Shown here: piece after piece, positions 27,375 through 37,475 of the stretch
Layout: each line of letters starts with the position of its first letter
How positions within the stretch are numbered: position 1 is the stretch's first letter
Source of the DNA: an uncultured Actinomycetota bacterium
Lineage (GTDB): Bacteria; Actinomycetota; Actinomycetes; Actinomycetales; Microbacteriaceae
NCBI GenBank assembly: GCA_963779775.1
Contig: CAVZZQ010000004.1
Location: 26,708 to 90,707 of the forward strand
Length of the DNA stretch: 64,000 nucleotides
Reading direction: 5' to 3'
Translations under genes and position numbers: made by a program
Notes under the pieces: model-generated
Told to the model about the DNA's origin: nothing
Databases searched by the model: none
The model's input: only the letters and a program-made list of their open reading frames with translations

Positions 27375-27530
27375 GCAGGCAAGCCTAGGAGCGCGGGTCG
27401 GGGTCGGTGGCGACCAGGGGCGGGCTCCCTCGTTCTCGTGACCGTTCCCTCACACCATTATGTTCGATTGTTCTCCACAGATTGGGGCATCCTACTAGTA
27501 CTTCTGTTCTCATCGTGGGAGAATGTGTTC

Positions 27531-28871
27531 ATGCCCAGCACCGTGATGCACAGCCTGGAGGTCCCCGACCTCGGCGACATCGCGGGTGCGACCGACGGGC
27601 AACTCATTGAGACGATGCGCGCGTGGGCGCAGGCTCGGCGGACCGTGGATGCCGGGCTGGCAGCCCTGGCCGGCGAGGTCGCGGCCCGGTCATCGCTCGA
27701 GCTCGGTTACGACGGGTTGGCGCAACGCGCGGGTGCCCGTACCGCCGATGGGCTGGTGTCGCAGCTGACCGGTACCACCGGGGTCGAGGCCCGCGCGATC
27801 ACCACGGTCGGCACGATGATGGGCCACCCGGCCGCCTGGATGGGCGAGGTTGCCGCCCGCGTTGCTGCCGGCGAGGTGTCGGTCGGAGCGGCCGCCGCGA
27901 TCCAGACCGGACTCGGGTCTCCCTCCCCTACCGTCGCCGCCGACGACCTGGCGGATGCCGCGCACGAGCTGCTGGTGACCGCGGGCGGGTTGCCGCCGGA
28001 GAAGGTTGCCAGACACGCCCGGGAACGGCGCGACGAGTTGGATGAGGCCGGCGTTGCCGACCGCGAAGCCCAGCTGCGATCGAAACGGTTCCTGCGACTG
28101 ATCCCCCAGGCCGACGGGATGACGAAACTGATCGGACTGCTCGACCCGGAATCCGCGGCCCTGGTCACCGATGCGGTGGATGCGGTCACCGCACCGCGGC
28201 GCGGCGGGCCGCGTTTCGTCGACCCCGACGCTGCTGCTCGCGTCGAGGCGATCATGCGCGATGAGCGCACCACGGAACAACTCGCCCTGGATGCCCTGGT
28301 CGAGATGGTGCGCATCGCCGCCGCCGCCGACTCCGGCCGCCTCTTCGGTGTGCGTCAACCCGCCGTCCGAGTGCACGTCACCGCCGCCGACCTGCACCGA
28401 GGCGCAGGAACCGCCCACCTCGAAGGTCAGACCGCCGCCGTGTCCGTTCAGACCGCGGAACGCATCGCGTGCGCCCACGGCGCCATCGGAATCGAGTTCG
28501 ACGCCACCGGTACCGCCCTGCGTTTGGGACGGCGCAGCCGCACGTTCACCGAGAAGCAGAAAATCGTTCTGGGCGCGATCTGGGGCGGGTGCGCCGCGCC
28601 CGACTGCGAACGATCACCCTCCTGGACCGAAGCCCACCACATCAACGAATGGCAGCGCGATCACGGTTCCACTGACATCGACGACGGGATCCTGCTGTGC
28701 CGGCACCATCACTTGATGGTGCACAACAACGGATGGAGAATCCGACGCACCGGGGCACGCTACGAGTTACTGCCCCCGCCCGGCGACGCCCTGCACCGCG
28801 ACCCGGTACCCCTCACGCCCAAGAACCCGACACACCGTCGCCTCATGAGACAGGCAGGCGGCGTGCGCTGA
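27531..28871 (+). CDS. DUF222 + HNH endonuclease signature protein (13E12-repeat-like)
   Basis: GGCAAPDC, TEAHHINEW..GSTD, LLCRHHHLMVH; DUF222-like helical N-terminal region. Confidence 0.88.
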   Translation: MPSTVMHSLEVPDLGDIAGATDGQLIETMRAWAQARRTVDAGLAALAGEVAARSSLELGYDGLAQRAGARTADGLVSQLTGTTGVEARAITTVGTMMGHPAAWMGEVAARVAAGEVSVGAAAAIQTGLGSPSPTVAADDLADAAHELLVTAGGLPPEKVARHARERRDELDEAGVADREAQLRSKRFLRLIPQADGMTKLIGLLDPESAALVTDAVDAVTAPRRGGPRFVDPDAAARVEAIMRDERTTEQLALDALVEMVRIAAAADSGRLFGVRQPAVRVHVTAADLHRGAGTAHLEGQTAAVSVQTAERIACAHGAIGIEFDATGTALRLGRRSRTFTEKQKIVLGAIWGGCAAPDCERSPSWTEAHHINEWQRDHGSTDIDDGILLCRHHHLMVHNNGWRIRRTGARYELLPPPGDALHRDPVPLTPKNPTHRRLMRQAGGVR

Positions 28872-28887
28872 CCTGGTTGCGCGCAGG

Positions 28888-30396
28888 TCAGGGCTGCGTT
28901 GTGGAGCTCTTGGGGGCTGAGCCTGCGCTCGAACGCCGAGTCCGAGCCTTCGTCCGAGCCGTCGACGCAGCTGCCGACGCGGGCGAAGAAGCGCCGAACG
29001 GCAACTGCGCCATCACCACGGTGGGGCCGCCCTCCGGGCTGGTCACGGTGAGGGAGCCGCCCAAGCCGTGCACGCGCTCCTCCAGTCCCGCGATCCCGTG
29101 GCTCGGGGTCGCGGTGGCCCCGCCGATCCCGTCGTCGTGCACCGTCATGTCGAGCCAGTCACCGGTGTCGGGATCCCGCCGCAGCCAGACCCGCATCGTC
29201 ACGTTCTTGGCTCCGGAGTGCTTCTCGGCGTTCGTCACGGCCTCGGCCGCGAGAAAGTACGCGTTTCGCTCCAGTTCGGCGGGCAGACGAGTGCCGTCGG
29301 GCACCTCGGCGACGAACTTCACCGGGATGCTCGACCGGCCCGCCATCGAATCCAGGGCGGCCACGAGACCACGGTCGAGCAGCAGGGGTGGCGCGAATCC
29401 ACGTGAGAGGGCACGCAGCTCGTCGAGGGCATCCTTCGACTGCTGCATCGCCTCGCCGAGGAGGGCGCGCGCTGCCGAGGGATCCGCATCCAGCTGGCGC
29501 TCGGCGGCGGCGAGGTCCATCTGCAGACGCACCAGGCGCTGCTGCGGGCCGTCGTGGATGTCGCGCTCCAGCCGGCGAAGCGCCGTGCCCTCGGCCGCGA
29601 CGGCAGCCGTGCGCGACGACGACAGCGTGGCGACCTCACGGGTGAGCGCCTCGCTGCGGAAGGCACCGAGCATCCCCTTGGCGATCAACCAGTGCAGCGA
29701 CACCAGCCCCCGCGTCACGAACGGCAAAGCGGCCAGAAAGGCCAGGCCGACGACCAGGTAGGCGACGGTGTCGACGATCCGAGGATCGGCGTTCCCGACC
29801 GGCCACCCGATGTGCACCAGCAGCCAGTGCGCCGGGTAGACCGGGTTGCTCGGAGTCGGCAAGAAGATCTGCCAGAACCAGTACGTCACCCCGCCCAGCG
29901 CCGTGGCGACCCAGGCGATCATGATCGACCAGGTGACGGTCGTCACGATGAAGTCGATCAGGGCGCTCCAGAGCAGGTAGAGCCAGTAGTGGCCGTTGCC
30001 GAGCACCGCGCGCAGCCAGCCGAAGAAGCCGGAGCGCGCCCGGTCGTCCTGCCAGTCGGGGCCCGTGATCTCGGGTCGGCCGACCCACCGCAACAAGGCC
30101 AGCTCGAGAGTGCCGAACCCGCGTGCAACATAGAGGCCTGCGATGAGCAGGATCAGCCCGATGAAGAACGTGATCAGCGTGCCGATGCCCGCGTTGAACA
30201 GCGCCAGCGTGACACCGAACGCGACAGTCGCCAGCGGAAAGGCGATGAACAGGTACCCGACCTCTCGCGGCACGCTCGTCCACAGTCGCAGGTAGAGCGG
30301 TCGGTCGGCGGGCGGGCCCGCGGGCGTCGCGGGCATCGCTGCCGTCACTGGCGGGGTGGGCGGATTCGTCATGGCTGGATCCATTGTCGTGGTCAT
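28888..30396 (-). CDS. Membrane sensor histidine kinase (HisKA_3)
   Basis: RRLERDIHDGPQQRL, EAVTNAEKHS, DDGIGG, GLEERV, GGPT. Confidence 0.93.
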   Translation of the reverse strand: MTTTMDPAMTNPPTPPVTAAMPATPAGPPADRPLYLRLWTSVPREVGYLFIAFPLATVAFGVTLALFNAGIGTLITFFIGLILLIAGLYVARGFGTLELALLRWVGRPEITGPDWQDDRARSGFFGWLRAVLGNGHYWLYLLWSALIDFIVTTVTWSIMIAWVATALGGVTYWFWQIFLPTPSNPVYPAHWLLVHIGWPVGNADPRIVDTVAYLVVGLAFLAALPFVTRGLVSLHWLIAKGMLGAFRSEALTREVATLSSSRTAAVAAEGTALRRLERDIHDGPQQRLVRLQMDLAAAERQLDADPSAARALLGEAMQQSKDALDELRALSRGFAPPLLLDRGLVAALDSMAGRSSIPVKFVAEVPDGTRLPAELERNAYFLAAEAVTNAEKHSGAKNVTMRVWLRRDPDTGDWLDMTVHDDGIGGATATPSHGIAGLEERVHGLGGSLTVTSPEGGPTVVMAQLPFGASSPASAAASTARTKARTRRSSAGSAPKSSTTQP

Positions 30397-30470
30397 GGTT
30401 CCAGAGTGACGACGAGGGATACGATGCGGCATCCGGCAGACCGACCGCCCCCAGTGGGGCTAACCCCCGC

Positions 30471-31355
30471 TCAGGTGTTCGAGAGATCCGGATCGGCGCC
30501 CGTCGAACCACCGGACGCCGTCGGCGGCATGATCACGGTGGCGTCGTACCCATCCGGCGGCGTGATGGTGACCAGCACTGTCGCGGATTGACCACGGTCG
30601 AGGTTGACCTGGAACACCCCGCCTGAACGGTCGGATGCGCTGCCGCCGCCCGTCTGCGAGCTCGCCTGGCTGCCGGTCTGTGCGGTGTCGGTGCTGTGCA
30701 CCTGCTGATAGACGATCACCGCGGCGACCGTCAGCAGGATCGTCGCGACAAGACTGATGACTCCCACGATGACCCCGGCGAGCGCTTGCCCGCGTCGCCG
30801 CCCGGCGGGTGCAAACCGTCGAGACCGGCGAAGAGCGACGATGCCGATGATGACGCCGGCGAGCGCGAGAGGCACAAGCACCACGAAGATCATGCCGGCA
30901 AGACTGAGGATGGAGAAGATGAGCGACAGCGTCGCCATCGTGTTGCTGGCAGACGACACGGGCTCGATCCCGCCGCCGGCGTAGCCCCCGACCGAGCCCG
31001 ACTGGCCGAACGGAACTGCAGGCGTCGTCTGGGCCGTCCACTGGGTGCCGTCCCACCAGCGCAGCAGCGCGAGGTCGTGATTGTCGGGATACCAGCCGGG
31101 AATGATCTGCGGCGCGGCCGCGGGAAAGGTCTGGGGTGACACCGCCGGTGCTTCGTACTCGACCCCGCTCTGTACGGGTGCTGTGAACCCGAACGACGTG
31201 GCCGACACCGGCGATTCGAAGGCCGCGGCGGCCGGGGCCGTCGACTTTGTCTGATCGGTCCACTGCTGGCCGTCCCACCAGCGCACCACATTGGCTTCGT
31301 TCCGATCCGGATACCAGCCGGGCGCGGGCACGGTCAACGACGGCACATCACTCAC
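30471..31355 (-). CDS. Membrane protein with two DUF2510 repeats and a DUF4190-like TM region
   Basis: PGWYPD...RWWDGxQWT twice, followed by hydrophobic helices with ALAGVIVG. Confidence 0.82.
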   Translation of the reverse strand: MSDVPSLTVPAPGWYPDRNEANVVRWWDGQQWTDQTKSTAPAAAAFESPVSATSFGFTAPVQSGVEYEAPAVSPQTFPAAAPQIIPGWYPDNHDLALLRWWDGTQWTAQTTPAVPFGQSGSVGGYAGGGIEPVSSASNTMATLSLIFSILSLAGMIFVVLVPLALAGVIIGIVALRRSRRFAPAGRRRGQALAGVIVGVISLVATILLTVAAVIVYQQVHSTDTAQTGSQASSQTGGGSASDRSGGVFQVNLDRGQSATVLVTITPPDGYDATVIMPPTASGGSTGADPDLSNT

Positions 31356-31487
31356 GTCGGCCCCACCCCTGTTCGTTGCTCCCCGGAACAAAACGCTAGT
31401 GGGATGCGTGGGCATACCGGCGTGATCGCGACGGAATCTCACCCCTACTGGGGGCAGGATGCGACCGTCTCTCGGTAGCGTTGTGGC

Positions 31488-32333
31488 ATGCGTCCCGCTC
31501 AAGCGAAGATCATCGCCACTTTGCACGTGCAGCCGACGATCGATCCGGCGACCGAGATCGAACGCCGCATCGGGTTTCTCGTGGACTACCTCACCACCAC
31601 GGGTGGGTCCGGCCTCGTGTTGGGCATCAGCGGCGGCCAGGACTCGTCACTGGCGGGGCGGCTGTGCCAGCTGGCCGTGGAGCGGCTGGCGGCATCCGGA
31701 ACTCCCGCGCAGTTCATCGCGGTGCGCCTGCCGTACGCGGTGCAGGCCGACGAGGACGACGCGCAGCTCGCGCTGAGCTTCATCCAGCCCTCCGATGCGG
31801 TGACCTTCGACATCAAGCGCGCGGTCGACGGATTCCGGGCCGAGTACGACGAGCGATTCGACGACCCGATGCTCGACTTCACCAAGGGGAACGTGAAGGC
31901 GCGCGCCCGCATGATCGCGCAGTACGCCATCGCCGGTCAAAGCCGGATGCTTGTGGTCGGCACCGATCACGCCGCCGAGGCGGTGACCGGGTTCTTCACC
32001 AAGTTCGGTGACGGCGGAGCCGACATCCTGCCCCTCAGCGGACTCACGAAACGCCAGGGCCGCTCCCTGCTCGAGCACCTCGGCGCCCCCGAGCAGCTCT
32101 ACCTCAAGGCGCCCACCGCCGACCTGCTCGACGAGAACCCGGGCCAGACCGATGAGGCGAACCTGGGCCTGAGCTACCGCGACATCGACGACTACCTGGA
32201 GGGTCGCGAGGTTCCGGATGCCGTTGCCTCAGCCATCGAGGAGCGCTATCTCGCCACCGAGCACAAGCGCGCCGCGCCGGTCACACCGTTCGACGCCTGG
32301 TGGCGCAGCGACGACGACCCCTGGGCGCTATAG
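31488..32333 (+). CDS. nadE: NH3-dependent NAD+ synthetase
   Basis: [40 protein letters not shown]. Confidence 0.96.
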   Translation: MRPAQAKIIATLHVQPTIDPATEIERRIGFLVDYLTTTGGSGLVLGISGGQDSSLAGRLCQLAVERLAASGTPAQFIAVRLPYAVQADEDDAQLALSFIQPSDAVTFDIKRAVDGFRAEYDERFDDPMLDFTKGNVKARARMIAQYAIAGQSRMLVVGTDHAAEAVTGFFTKFGDGGADILPLSGLTKRQGRSLLEHLGAPEQLYLKAPTADLLDENPGQTDEANLGLSYRDIDDYLEGREVPDAVASAIEERYLATEHKRAAPVTPFDAWWRSDDDPWAL

Positions 32334-32335
32334 CG

Positions 32336-33361
32336 TCAGGGTGCGGGCGTCGCGGTCGGCGTGGACGACGGAGTCGGCGCATTCGTGCTCTCCGACCCGG
32401 CCAGCGGAGTCGACGTGGCGAACGGGGGCGTCGCCGGAGTCGGCGTCACCGAGTGCTTGAGCGTTCCATCGGCCGCGAGGTCGTCTGCGGGGACATGACC
32501 GAGTGGGAACACGTTCCAACCCAACCTGCCGGGAACCTCCTGGTTCGGCACCAGCACGTCTGGTCCGACCGGCAACGAGGGGGACGAGGGATCACTGTTC
32601 ACGTCGAGCGGCTTGCCGTCCTGGTCGTAAAGCTGAACATTCGTGAGCGGGCGGCCCTGTGCGTCGTAGGCGAAGATGTTGCTCACCTGACTGCCGTTGT
32701 ATTCGAGTCCGGACCGATCGGCAAACCCCGCGTTGTCTTGGAGGTACTGCTGCGCTGACGACGCGTCGTTCAGCTGGCCCGCCCAACTCGCGATCGCGAA
32801 GGGTGTCGCGATCGCCAGGATGACGTTCGCCGCCAGCAACAACGCCCGCATCCAGGTGAACGGCAACCATTTGCCGCGGCCGAACTGCACACTGACGATC
32901 AGCACGGCAATGCCGAACAGGGCGTTGAACCCGTTGATCGGCGCACCGCCGATGATGATGGTGGCGATGCACGTCACCAGCAGCGCCCGGAAGACCCACC
33001 ACACCGGGCGCAGCACGGCAAGGAATGCGGTCAGTCGTCCCAGCCACGGTTTCCGGGCGATCAGGTCCCGCACATCGCGGACGATCATCCTGGGAGCGAG
33101 TCGCATCGTCGAGAACTCCCCCACGATGCGAGGCCGCCTGACCCGGCGATGCGGGAGCCCCGCTGCGGCGCGGAGTTCTTCCGCGTACGTGACGGGATCT
33201 CCGAACTCGGCGGCGCCTCCGTCGGAGGCCTGGTCGGTCAGGTCAGCCTCGAGGCCGTCGGTCAGGTCGTCGACCTCGTCGGGGGTCAGATCGGACAAAG
33301 CCGCACGCACCGCGGCGGCGAACTCCGAGACAGCGGGTGAGGCCAGGGTCGAGGTGGACAT
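32336..33361 (-). CDS. PadR-associated membrane protein (HAAS/DUF1700-like N-terminus)
   Basis: VRAALSDL...LEADL...GDPVTYAEELR, several TM helices, NIFAYD..G. Confidence 0.75.
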   Translation of the reverse strand: MSTSTLASPAVSEFAAAVRAALSDLTPDEVDDLTDGLEADLTDQASDGGAAEFGDPVTYAEELRAAAGLPHRRVRRPRIVGEFSTMRLAPRMIVRDVRDLIARKPWLGRLTAFLAVLRPVWWVFRALLVTCIATIIIGGAPINGFNALFGIAVLIVSVQFGRGKWLPFTWMRALLLAANVILAIATPFAIASWAGQLNDASSAQQYLQDNAGFADRSGLEYNGSQVSNIFAYDAQGRPLTNVQLYDQDGKPLDVNSDPSSPSLPVGPDVLVPNQEVPGRLGWNVFPLGHVPADDLAADGTLKHSVTPTPATPPFATSTPLAGSESTNAPTPSSTPTATPAP

Positions 33362-33775
33362 CTACTTCTCTCCGATCGTGCGGACGGGCGCGGGGGTCGT
33401 GCGGACGGGCGCGGGGTTCATTCGGGTGGGCTTGGTGCGAACAGTCCCTTCGGTCGCCTTCGGCGCGAGCAGCCTGCCCATGGTGGCCGCGAAGGCGGTC
33501 CAACTGTCCCGCTGCTCCAGCAGGATCCTGCGGCCCTCGGCGTTGATGCCGTAGTACTTGCGGTGCGGGCCGTCGTCGGACGGCACGACGTAGCTGGTGA
33601 GCGCCCCGGCACTGTAGAGACGGCGCAGGGTGCCGTAGACCGAGGCGTCGCCGACCTCGTCGAGGCCGGCCGCTCGCAGCCGACGAACGACGTCGTAGCC
33701 ATAGCCGTCCTCATCCTGGATGGCGGCGAGCACCGCGACGTCGAGCACCCCCTTGAGCAGTTGCGTGGTGTCCAT
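33362..33775 (-). CDS. PadR family regulator
   Basis: TQLLKGVLD, YGYDV, SVYGTLRRL, GPHRKYY. Confidence 0.92.
   Translation of the reverse strand: MDTTQLLKGVLDVAVLAAIQDEDGYGYDVVRRLRAAGLDEVGDASVYGTLRRLYSAGALTSYVVPSDDGPHRKYYGINAEGRRILLEQRDSWTAFAATMGRLLAPKATEGTVRTKPTRMNPAPVRTTPAPVRTIGEK
33376..33417. repeat. 21-bp tandem duplication in the PadR C-terminal tail
   Basis: TCGTGCGGACGGGCGCGGGG(G/T) twice, encoding PAPVRT twice. Confidence 0.8.
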
Positions 33776-34006
33776 CTGGTTCCTCTCGTGCCGGATGCCC
33801 GGTCTGTTCAACGCACGCCACACTACTGCGGTATGCGCACTACCGCGCATCGCGACACGCCGGGACGGCGAGCTCCGGAACCGCGGCCGCACCAACGTCC
33901 CCCAGATGGGGGACTCGCGCCCCACGGATGGGGGGTACTACTGTGAGCGCGAGCCGAAACCCGAATCCCCCTCAGCGGCTCAATCTCTCTCAGCAGGAGT
34001 TCCCCC

Positions 34007-34183
34007 ATGAACAGCAGCACCGTCGTCAACCCGACATCCTCGGCCGCACCCGCAGGCTGGTACAACGATCCGCTCGGCATCCCCCAGCTCCGCTGGTGGA
34101 ACGGCATCGGCTGGACCAACCACGTGCAAGAGGCTCGCGCCGAGTTCCAGTCGTGGGGCGGTCAGTCCGTTTCGGTCGCGTAA
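34007..34183 (+). CDS. Stand-alone DUF2510 mini-protein (58 aa), absent from the ORF track
   Basis: AGGAG RBS; PAGWYNDPLGIPQLRWWNGIGWT. Confidence 0.8.
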   Translation: MNSSTVVNPTSSAAPAGWYNDPLGIPQLRWWNGIGWTNHVQEARAEFQSWGGQSVSVA

Positions 34184-34211
34184 GCAGCCGATTCGCGAGC
34201 CTGCCGGGTTC

Positions 34212-35791
34212 TCAGCCCCGGTAGGTCCACCTCCCCGCGACCATCGTCGCGTGAACGGGCATGGTGCGCAGGTCGTCGTCGTTCGTCGTGAGTGGGTTCT
34301 GGTCGGTGACCACGAGGTCCGCGGGGCCGCCGACCTCGAGCCCGTGCGGGCGCCCTGCCCGCCGGCGCCCTGCCCGCCGGCGCCCTGCCCGCCTGCGCCC
34401 TGTCCGCCCCACGAGGCACGTAGCGCCACCTCGATCGGCAGCGCCTGCTCGGGATGCCACGGCTCCCGATGGCTACGGCTGCGTGACACTGCTGCCGAGA
34501 TCGTGACCCAGGGATCCAGTGGCGCCACCGGGGCGTCGGAGCCGAGAGCGAGCTCGGCTCCCGCCTCCCACAACGCGCGGTAGGCGAAGGCGCGCCCGGT
34601 GCGTCCCGCCCAATAGTGGTCGGCGACGTCACGGTCGTCCATGGCGTGCTCCGGTTGCACGCTCGCTCGCACCCCGAGTTCGGCGAACCGGGGCAGATCG
34701 GAATCCGCGACGAGTTGCGCGTGCTCGATGCTTCCGCCCGCCCGCGCGAGATCGGCCGGCAGGCGGCCGAGCGCCTCGAAGGTGTCGAGCGCGAGAGTCG
34801 TCGCACGGTCGCCGATCGCATGGATGGTCGGGATGAATCCCCGCGCCAGCGCGGCGCGCGCGAGGCCGAGCAGCTCGTCAGCCGAGTGGATCGCGAGGCC
34901 GGCAGCATCCGGTCCGGAAAGCCCCGGATAGTCGTCGTAGCACCAGGCGGTCCGCGTGTTGAGCGAGCCGTCTGTGAAGAGCTTGAACGGGCCGCCCACC
35001 AGCAGGCCCTCGGTGCCGGGCAGCACCTGGCCGGTGCGGAATCCGGCTGCCGCTGCCGCATCCAGATCGTCGGGATAGACCCCGGCTCGCACGCGCAACC
35101 CACGGAACCCCGCGCCGAAGCGACGCTGCCACGACGCGATCCCGCCGCTCATCTCGAGGTCGACGATGCCGACCACCCCGCGCGACGCGGCGGTCGCTGC
35201 CGCATCCAGGGCCCACGCGTCGAGGTGCGCGTCGGGCACGACGCTCAGCCGGACGTTGAGATCGAAGGCGTCCTTCTCCCGCAGCAGCCAGGCGTCGGCG
35301 GGTAGGCCGAGCAGGCGCTGGGCGGCCGCGTTGATCCACATGCAGTGCACGTCGGCGCTGACCAGGGCGACCGGCGCGTCACCGAGGTCGAGCAGCTCGC
35401 GAGCAGGTGCATCCGACCAGAGCCCGTCGCGAAAGCCCTGGCCGATCAGCACCTCGCCCTCCGCGGGTGGATGCCTCGTCAGCTCGTCGCGTACCAGGGC
35501 GGCCGTCTCGGCGGCGGAGCTCGCGCCGGTCAAGTCGAGCCGCCTCGCCAACTGGCTCCATTGGCCGAAGTGGACATGCGAATCCCACAGTCCCGGCCCG
35601 ACCCAGCGGCCGTCGAGGTCGAGTTCCTCACGCCCCGAGCGCCGCCCTTTCTCGCCGACGCCGCCGTCGTATTCGCGGCGCTCGCCAGAAACGGCAGCGC
35701 TCGGCATGAGTGAAGCCACCACGCCATCCGTGATTTCGAGGTCGACGACCGTGCCGTCGTACCGGCGCGCATTCCGCAGCAGGATGCTCAT
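34212..35791 (-). CDS. Amidohydrolase 3 (YtcJ-like), with a frameshift near 34348
   Basis: PGLWDSHVH, KLFTDGSL, HAIGD, IEHAQ, LGSDAP; expected end LEVGGPADLVV...TMVAGRW lies in another frame. Confidence 0.88.
34349..34408. repeat. 15-bp tandem repeat x4 (GGQGA)
   Basis: GGCGCCCTGCCCGCC three times plus one variant copy. Confidence 0.9.
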
Positions 35792-36420
35792 TCGCGGGGC
35801 TCGAGCCGCTCCATCTCGACGCGTTCCATTTCAACGGCGAGCCCCGGATGCCCGTATGGCCCGCCACCGCGCAGCCCGTCGATGATCGTGGCGCGCACCT
35901 CGGGCGTCTTGTTCTGGCTGAGCTTGAGACGGGCATCGATCCGTTCGACCCGGATGCGGAGCCCGACGGTCCCCTGGGCGATCCGCCGCGCCTTCTGCTT
36001 GTCGTAGTCGAGCGAGACCGGATGCGGCATCCGCTGCTCGAAGTGATCGACCAGTCGCTGCAGGACGACGAAGTTCTCGTCATCCGACAGGAGCTCGGGC
36101 GTGCCGTACAAGTGGGCGGTGACGTGGTTCCAGGTCGGCACGAAGTCGCCCTCCGCGTACCAACCGGGCGAGATATAGCCGTGCGGGCCTTGCACGATCA
36201 CCAGCATCTCGTGCTGCCCGAGCTCGTGCAGCTGCTCGTCCGGCCGGCCGAAGTGACTGACGATCGAGATGCCGTCGGCGTCCTCCTCCAGGAGCGTCGC
36301 GTAATGCGAGGCGATGAGACCGTTCGAGGTGTTCGAGACGTAGGTCATCCACGGGTTCTCCCGGATCAGCCGCTTGACCTCTTCCAGATCGGTGATCGTG
36401 TACGCCGGCGTCTTTCTCAT
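35788..36420 (-). CDS. PaiB-like FMN-binding negative transcriptional regulator family protein
   Basis: GPHGYISPGWY, VPTWNHVTAHLYG, KLSQNK. Confidence 0.9.
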   Translation of the reverse strand: MRKTPAYTITDLEEVKRLIRENPWMTYVSNTSNGLIASHYATLLEEDADGISIVSHFGRPDEQLHELGQHEMLVIVQGPHGYISPGWYAEGDFVPTWNHVTAHLYGTPELLSDDENFVVLQRLVDHFEQRMPHPVSLDYDKQKARRIAQGTVGLRIRVERIDARLKLSQNKTPEVRATIIDGLRGGGPYGHPGLAVEMERVEMERLEPRE

Positions 36421-36499
36421 GCCTGGTCCCTCATGCCTGGTCCCTCATGCCTGGTCCCTCATGCCTGGTCCCTCATCGCCTGGTCCCTCATGCCTGATC
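36416..36499. repeat. 14-bp tandem repeat, about 6 copies (CTCATGCCTGGTCC)
   Basis: Units at 36416, 36430, 36444, 36458, 36472 (15-bp variant) and 36487 (degenerate). Confidence 0.95.
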
Positions 36500-37459
36500 G
36501 ACCGGGCACCAGTACAGCTTGCGGCCGCCCAGTTCTTGCATCAAGATCGGCGTTCCGCAGACCCGGCAGGGCTCGCCGGTGCGGTGGTAGACCCAGTGGC
36601 GGTCGGCGCGCGAGGCGAGCGCACGCTGGTAGTCGTCGGGCGAGAGGTCGTCCATGGTGAGCATCTGACCGGTCGCGACGCCGATGTTCAGCAGCGTGAC
36701 CCAGTCGCGCCACAGCTCGCGAACGACCTCCTCGGGCACCTCCTTGCCCGGGGTGAACGGATTCTGCCGGGCGCGGAACAGCAGCTCGGCGCGGTAGACG
36801 TTGCCGATGCCGCTGACCACCGCCTGATCCATCAGCAGCAGCGCGATCGGAGTGGGCTTCTTGCGCACGGTGGCGACGAACCGCTCTTCACCCACGGCCG
36901 GGTCGCCGACCAGCGGATCGGGGCCGAGCTTGCCGATCGTGGCATCCACCTGCTCGGGGGTCTGCACCTCGCAGGCGGTCGGACCGCGCAGATCGGCGAC
37001 CGCGGTCTCGGTGAGCAGCCGCACCCGCACCGCGCCGATCGGCTCGGGCGGGAAGCTCTCGATGTCGTCTTCGAGCTTCTCCTGCTCGCTCATGCGCAAT
37101 CGGGTCAGTCGCGGCGCGCCCATCGAGCTGAGTGAATCCTCGTGGCCCGAGAGGTCGGTGCCGCGCATGTTGGTCTGGCCCATACGGCCATTGGCGGATG
37201 CGGTGGTGGCGTCGACCGTGATGTCGCCCGCGAAGTCCCAGGCTCCGTAGATGCCCAGGTGCACCCGCAGCCACAGCCCGTGGTCGAACTCGAGGAACAT
37301 CTGCTTGCCGACCGCCTCCGAGCGAACGATCTCGTGGCCGTCGAGCTGGGCGGCTCCGGCCGCGAAGCGCCCCTGTGGCGAGGTGACCGTCACGGGCGTG
37401 TTCTCGAAGTGGCGCTCGAACTGCCGCGCGATGCGGTGGACGGAGTGGCCCTCGGGCAT
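36488..37459 (-). CDS. nei: Fpg/Nei family DNA glycosylase
   Basis: N-terminal MPEGH, H2TH SGIGNVYRAE, zinc finger PCRVCG...WCPVDQ. Confidence 0.92.
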   Translation of the reverse strand: MPEGHSVHRIARQFERHFENTPVTVTSPQGRFAAGAAQLDGHEIVRSEAVGKQMFLEFDHGLWLRVHLGIYGAWDFAGDITVDATTASANGRMGQTNMRGTDLSGHEDSLSSMGAPRLTRLRMSEQEKLEDDIESFPPEPIGAVRVRLLTETAVADLRGPTACEVQTPEQVDATIGKLGPDPLVGDPAVGEERFVATVRKKPTPIALLLMDQAVVSGIGNVYRAELLFRARQNPFTPGKEVPEEVVRELWRDWVTLLNIGVATGQMLTMDDLSPDDYQRALASRADRHWVYHRTGEPCRVCGTPILMQELGGRKLYWCPVDQA

Positions 37460-37475
37460 CGGTGCTCCTCAGCTG

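Noticed and set aside
27450-27530. LexA SOS box upstream of the HNH gene
   Set aside because: Only half-sites (GTTCGA; GTAC-N4-GTTC); no full CGAAC-N4-GTTCG
33940-34000. c-di-AMP (ydaO) riboswitch suggested by CCGAATCC
   Set aside because: Region too short and lacks the remaining conserved helices
36416-36499. CRISPR array
   Set aside because: 14-bp head-to-tail units with no spacers, and no cas genes in the window
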